Source: a virus
Strand: one strand, 5' to 3'
Length of the DNA stretch: 32,019 nt
IMG/VR virus record: IMGVR_UViG_3300035670_000871
Every line of letters starts with the position of its first letter. The stretch's first letter is position 1. Of this stretch, positions 31,816 through 32,019 are shown piece by piece. The notes under the pieces were generated by a model. That model saw nothing but the letters and a program-made list of their open reading frames with translations. It ran no database searches and was not told where the DNA came from. Both the position numbers and the translations under genes were made by a program.

Positions 31816-32019
31816 GCTGTACCTGGTCGATCACAAAAATGGTTTCTGATCCAGATGAGCATGATCGTCCTAATGTGATTAGAGAAGTGACGATCTCTTG
31901 CACGAGTGACGATGAATCATTCTTCACGACTGTGATGTTAGATCCACCATCTCAAAGTTTTGTCGATTTCAATCTGGTCACACAAGCATTGGTCTGGCAA
32001 TGGGTCTACGCAAAGATTT
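31812..32019 (+). CDS. Hypothetical protein, 5' part of the junction-spanning ORF (continues at 1-201)
   Basis: ATG 31812 overlaps the J-like stop (ATGA). It runs off the window end and is in frame with 1-201 through the 127-bp overlap. Confidence 0.55.
   Translation, partial: MSCTWSITKMVSDPDEHDRPNVIREVTISCTSDDESFFTTVMLDPPSQSFVDFNLVTQALVWQWVYAKI
31893..32019. repeat. Terminal direct repeat, copy B (identical to 1-127)
   Basis: See copy A. Confidence 0.95.

Noticed and set aside
1-32019. I looked for CRISPR arrays, tRNA/tmRNA and rRNA genes, IS elements and attP-like sites.
   Set aside because: Intergenic space is minimal (largest gaps 8550-8678, 8997-9098, 2468-2612 and 13441-13506). None shows cloverleaf-compatible structure, spacer-repeat periodicity or terminal inverted repeats.

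Overview
The window is a complete tailed-phage genome of about 31.9 kb. Positions 1-127 are identical to 31893-32019, which is the signature of a circular contig that was opened arbitrarily; one ORF runs across the junction in frame. Nearly all of it is coding, arranged in tightly coupled operons with many ATGA/GTGA start-stop overlaps. Going round the map: (1) a tail-fibre region carrying a complete diversity-generating retroelement (DGR), 211-3605; (2) small membrane proteins, a holin-like protein and a GH24 endolysin, 3580-5121; (3) a minus-strand early operon, 5081-8549, with a LuxR-type HTH, HNH endonuclease, YqaJ exonuclease, Rad52/Sak-type annealing protein and unknowns; (4) a divergent control region, 8550-8678; (5) a plus-strand replication module, 8679-13440, with a DUF1376/YdaU-like protein, SSB, two wHTH proteins and a DnaB-C/RecA-type helicase, ending in a clear intrinsic terminator; (6) a ParB-DNA methyltransferase fusion and a lambda-like packaging/head/tail module, 14239-31815, with Nu1-like TerS, GpA-like TerL, a gpW-like protein, lambda-type portal, an in-frame prohead-protease/major-capsid fusion, adaptor, tube, a G/GT chaperone pair, tape measure, tip proteins and a 1547-aa J-like tail protein. 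The main result is the BPP-1-type DGR (Mtd-like target, avd, template repeat, reverse transcriptase). Its variable and template repeats differ at 20 positions, and every one is a template adenine. I saw no integrase, CI-type repressor, tRNA, rRNA or CRISPR array. All family assignments come from motif recognition by eye. No database search was run.
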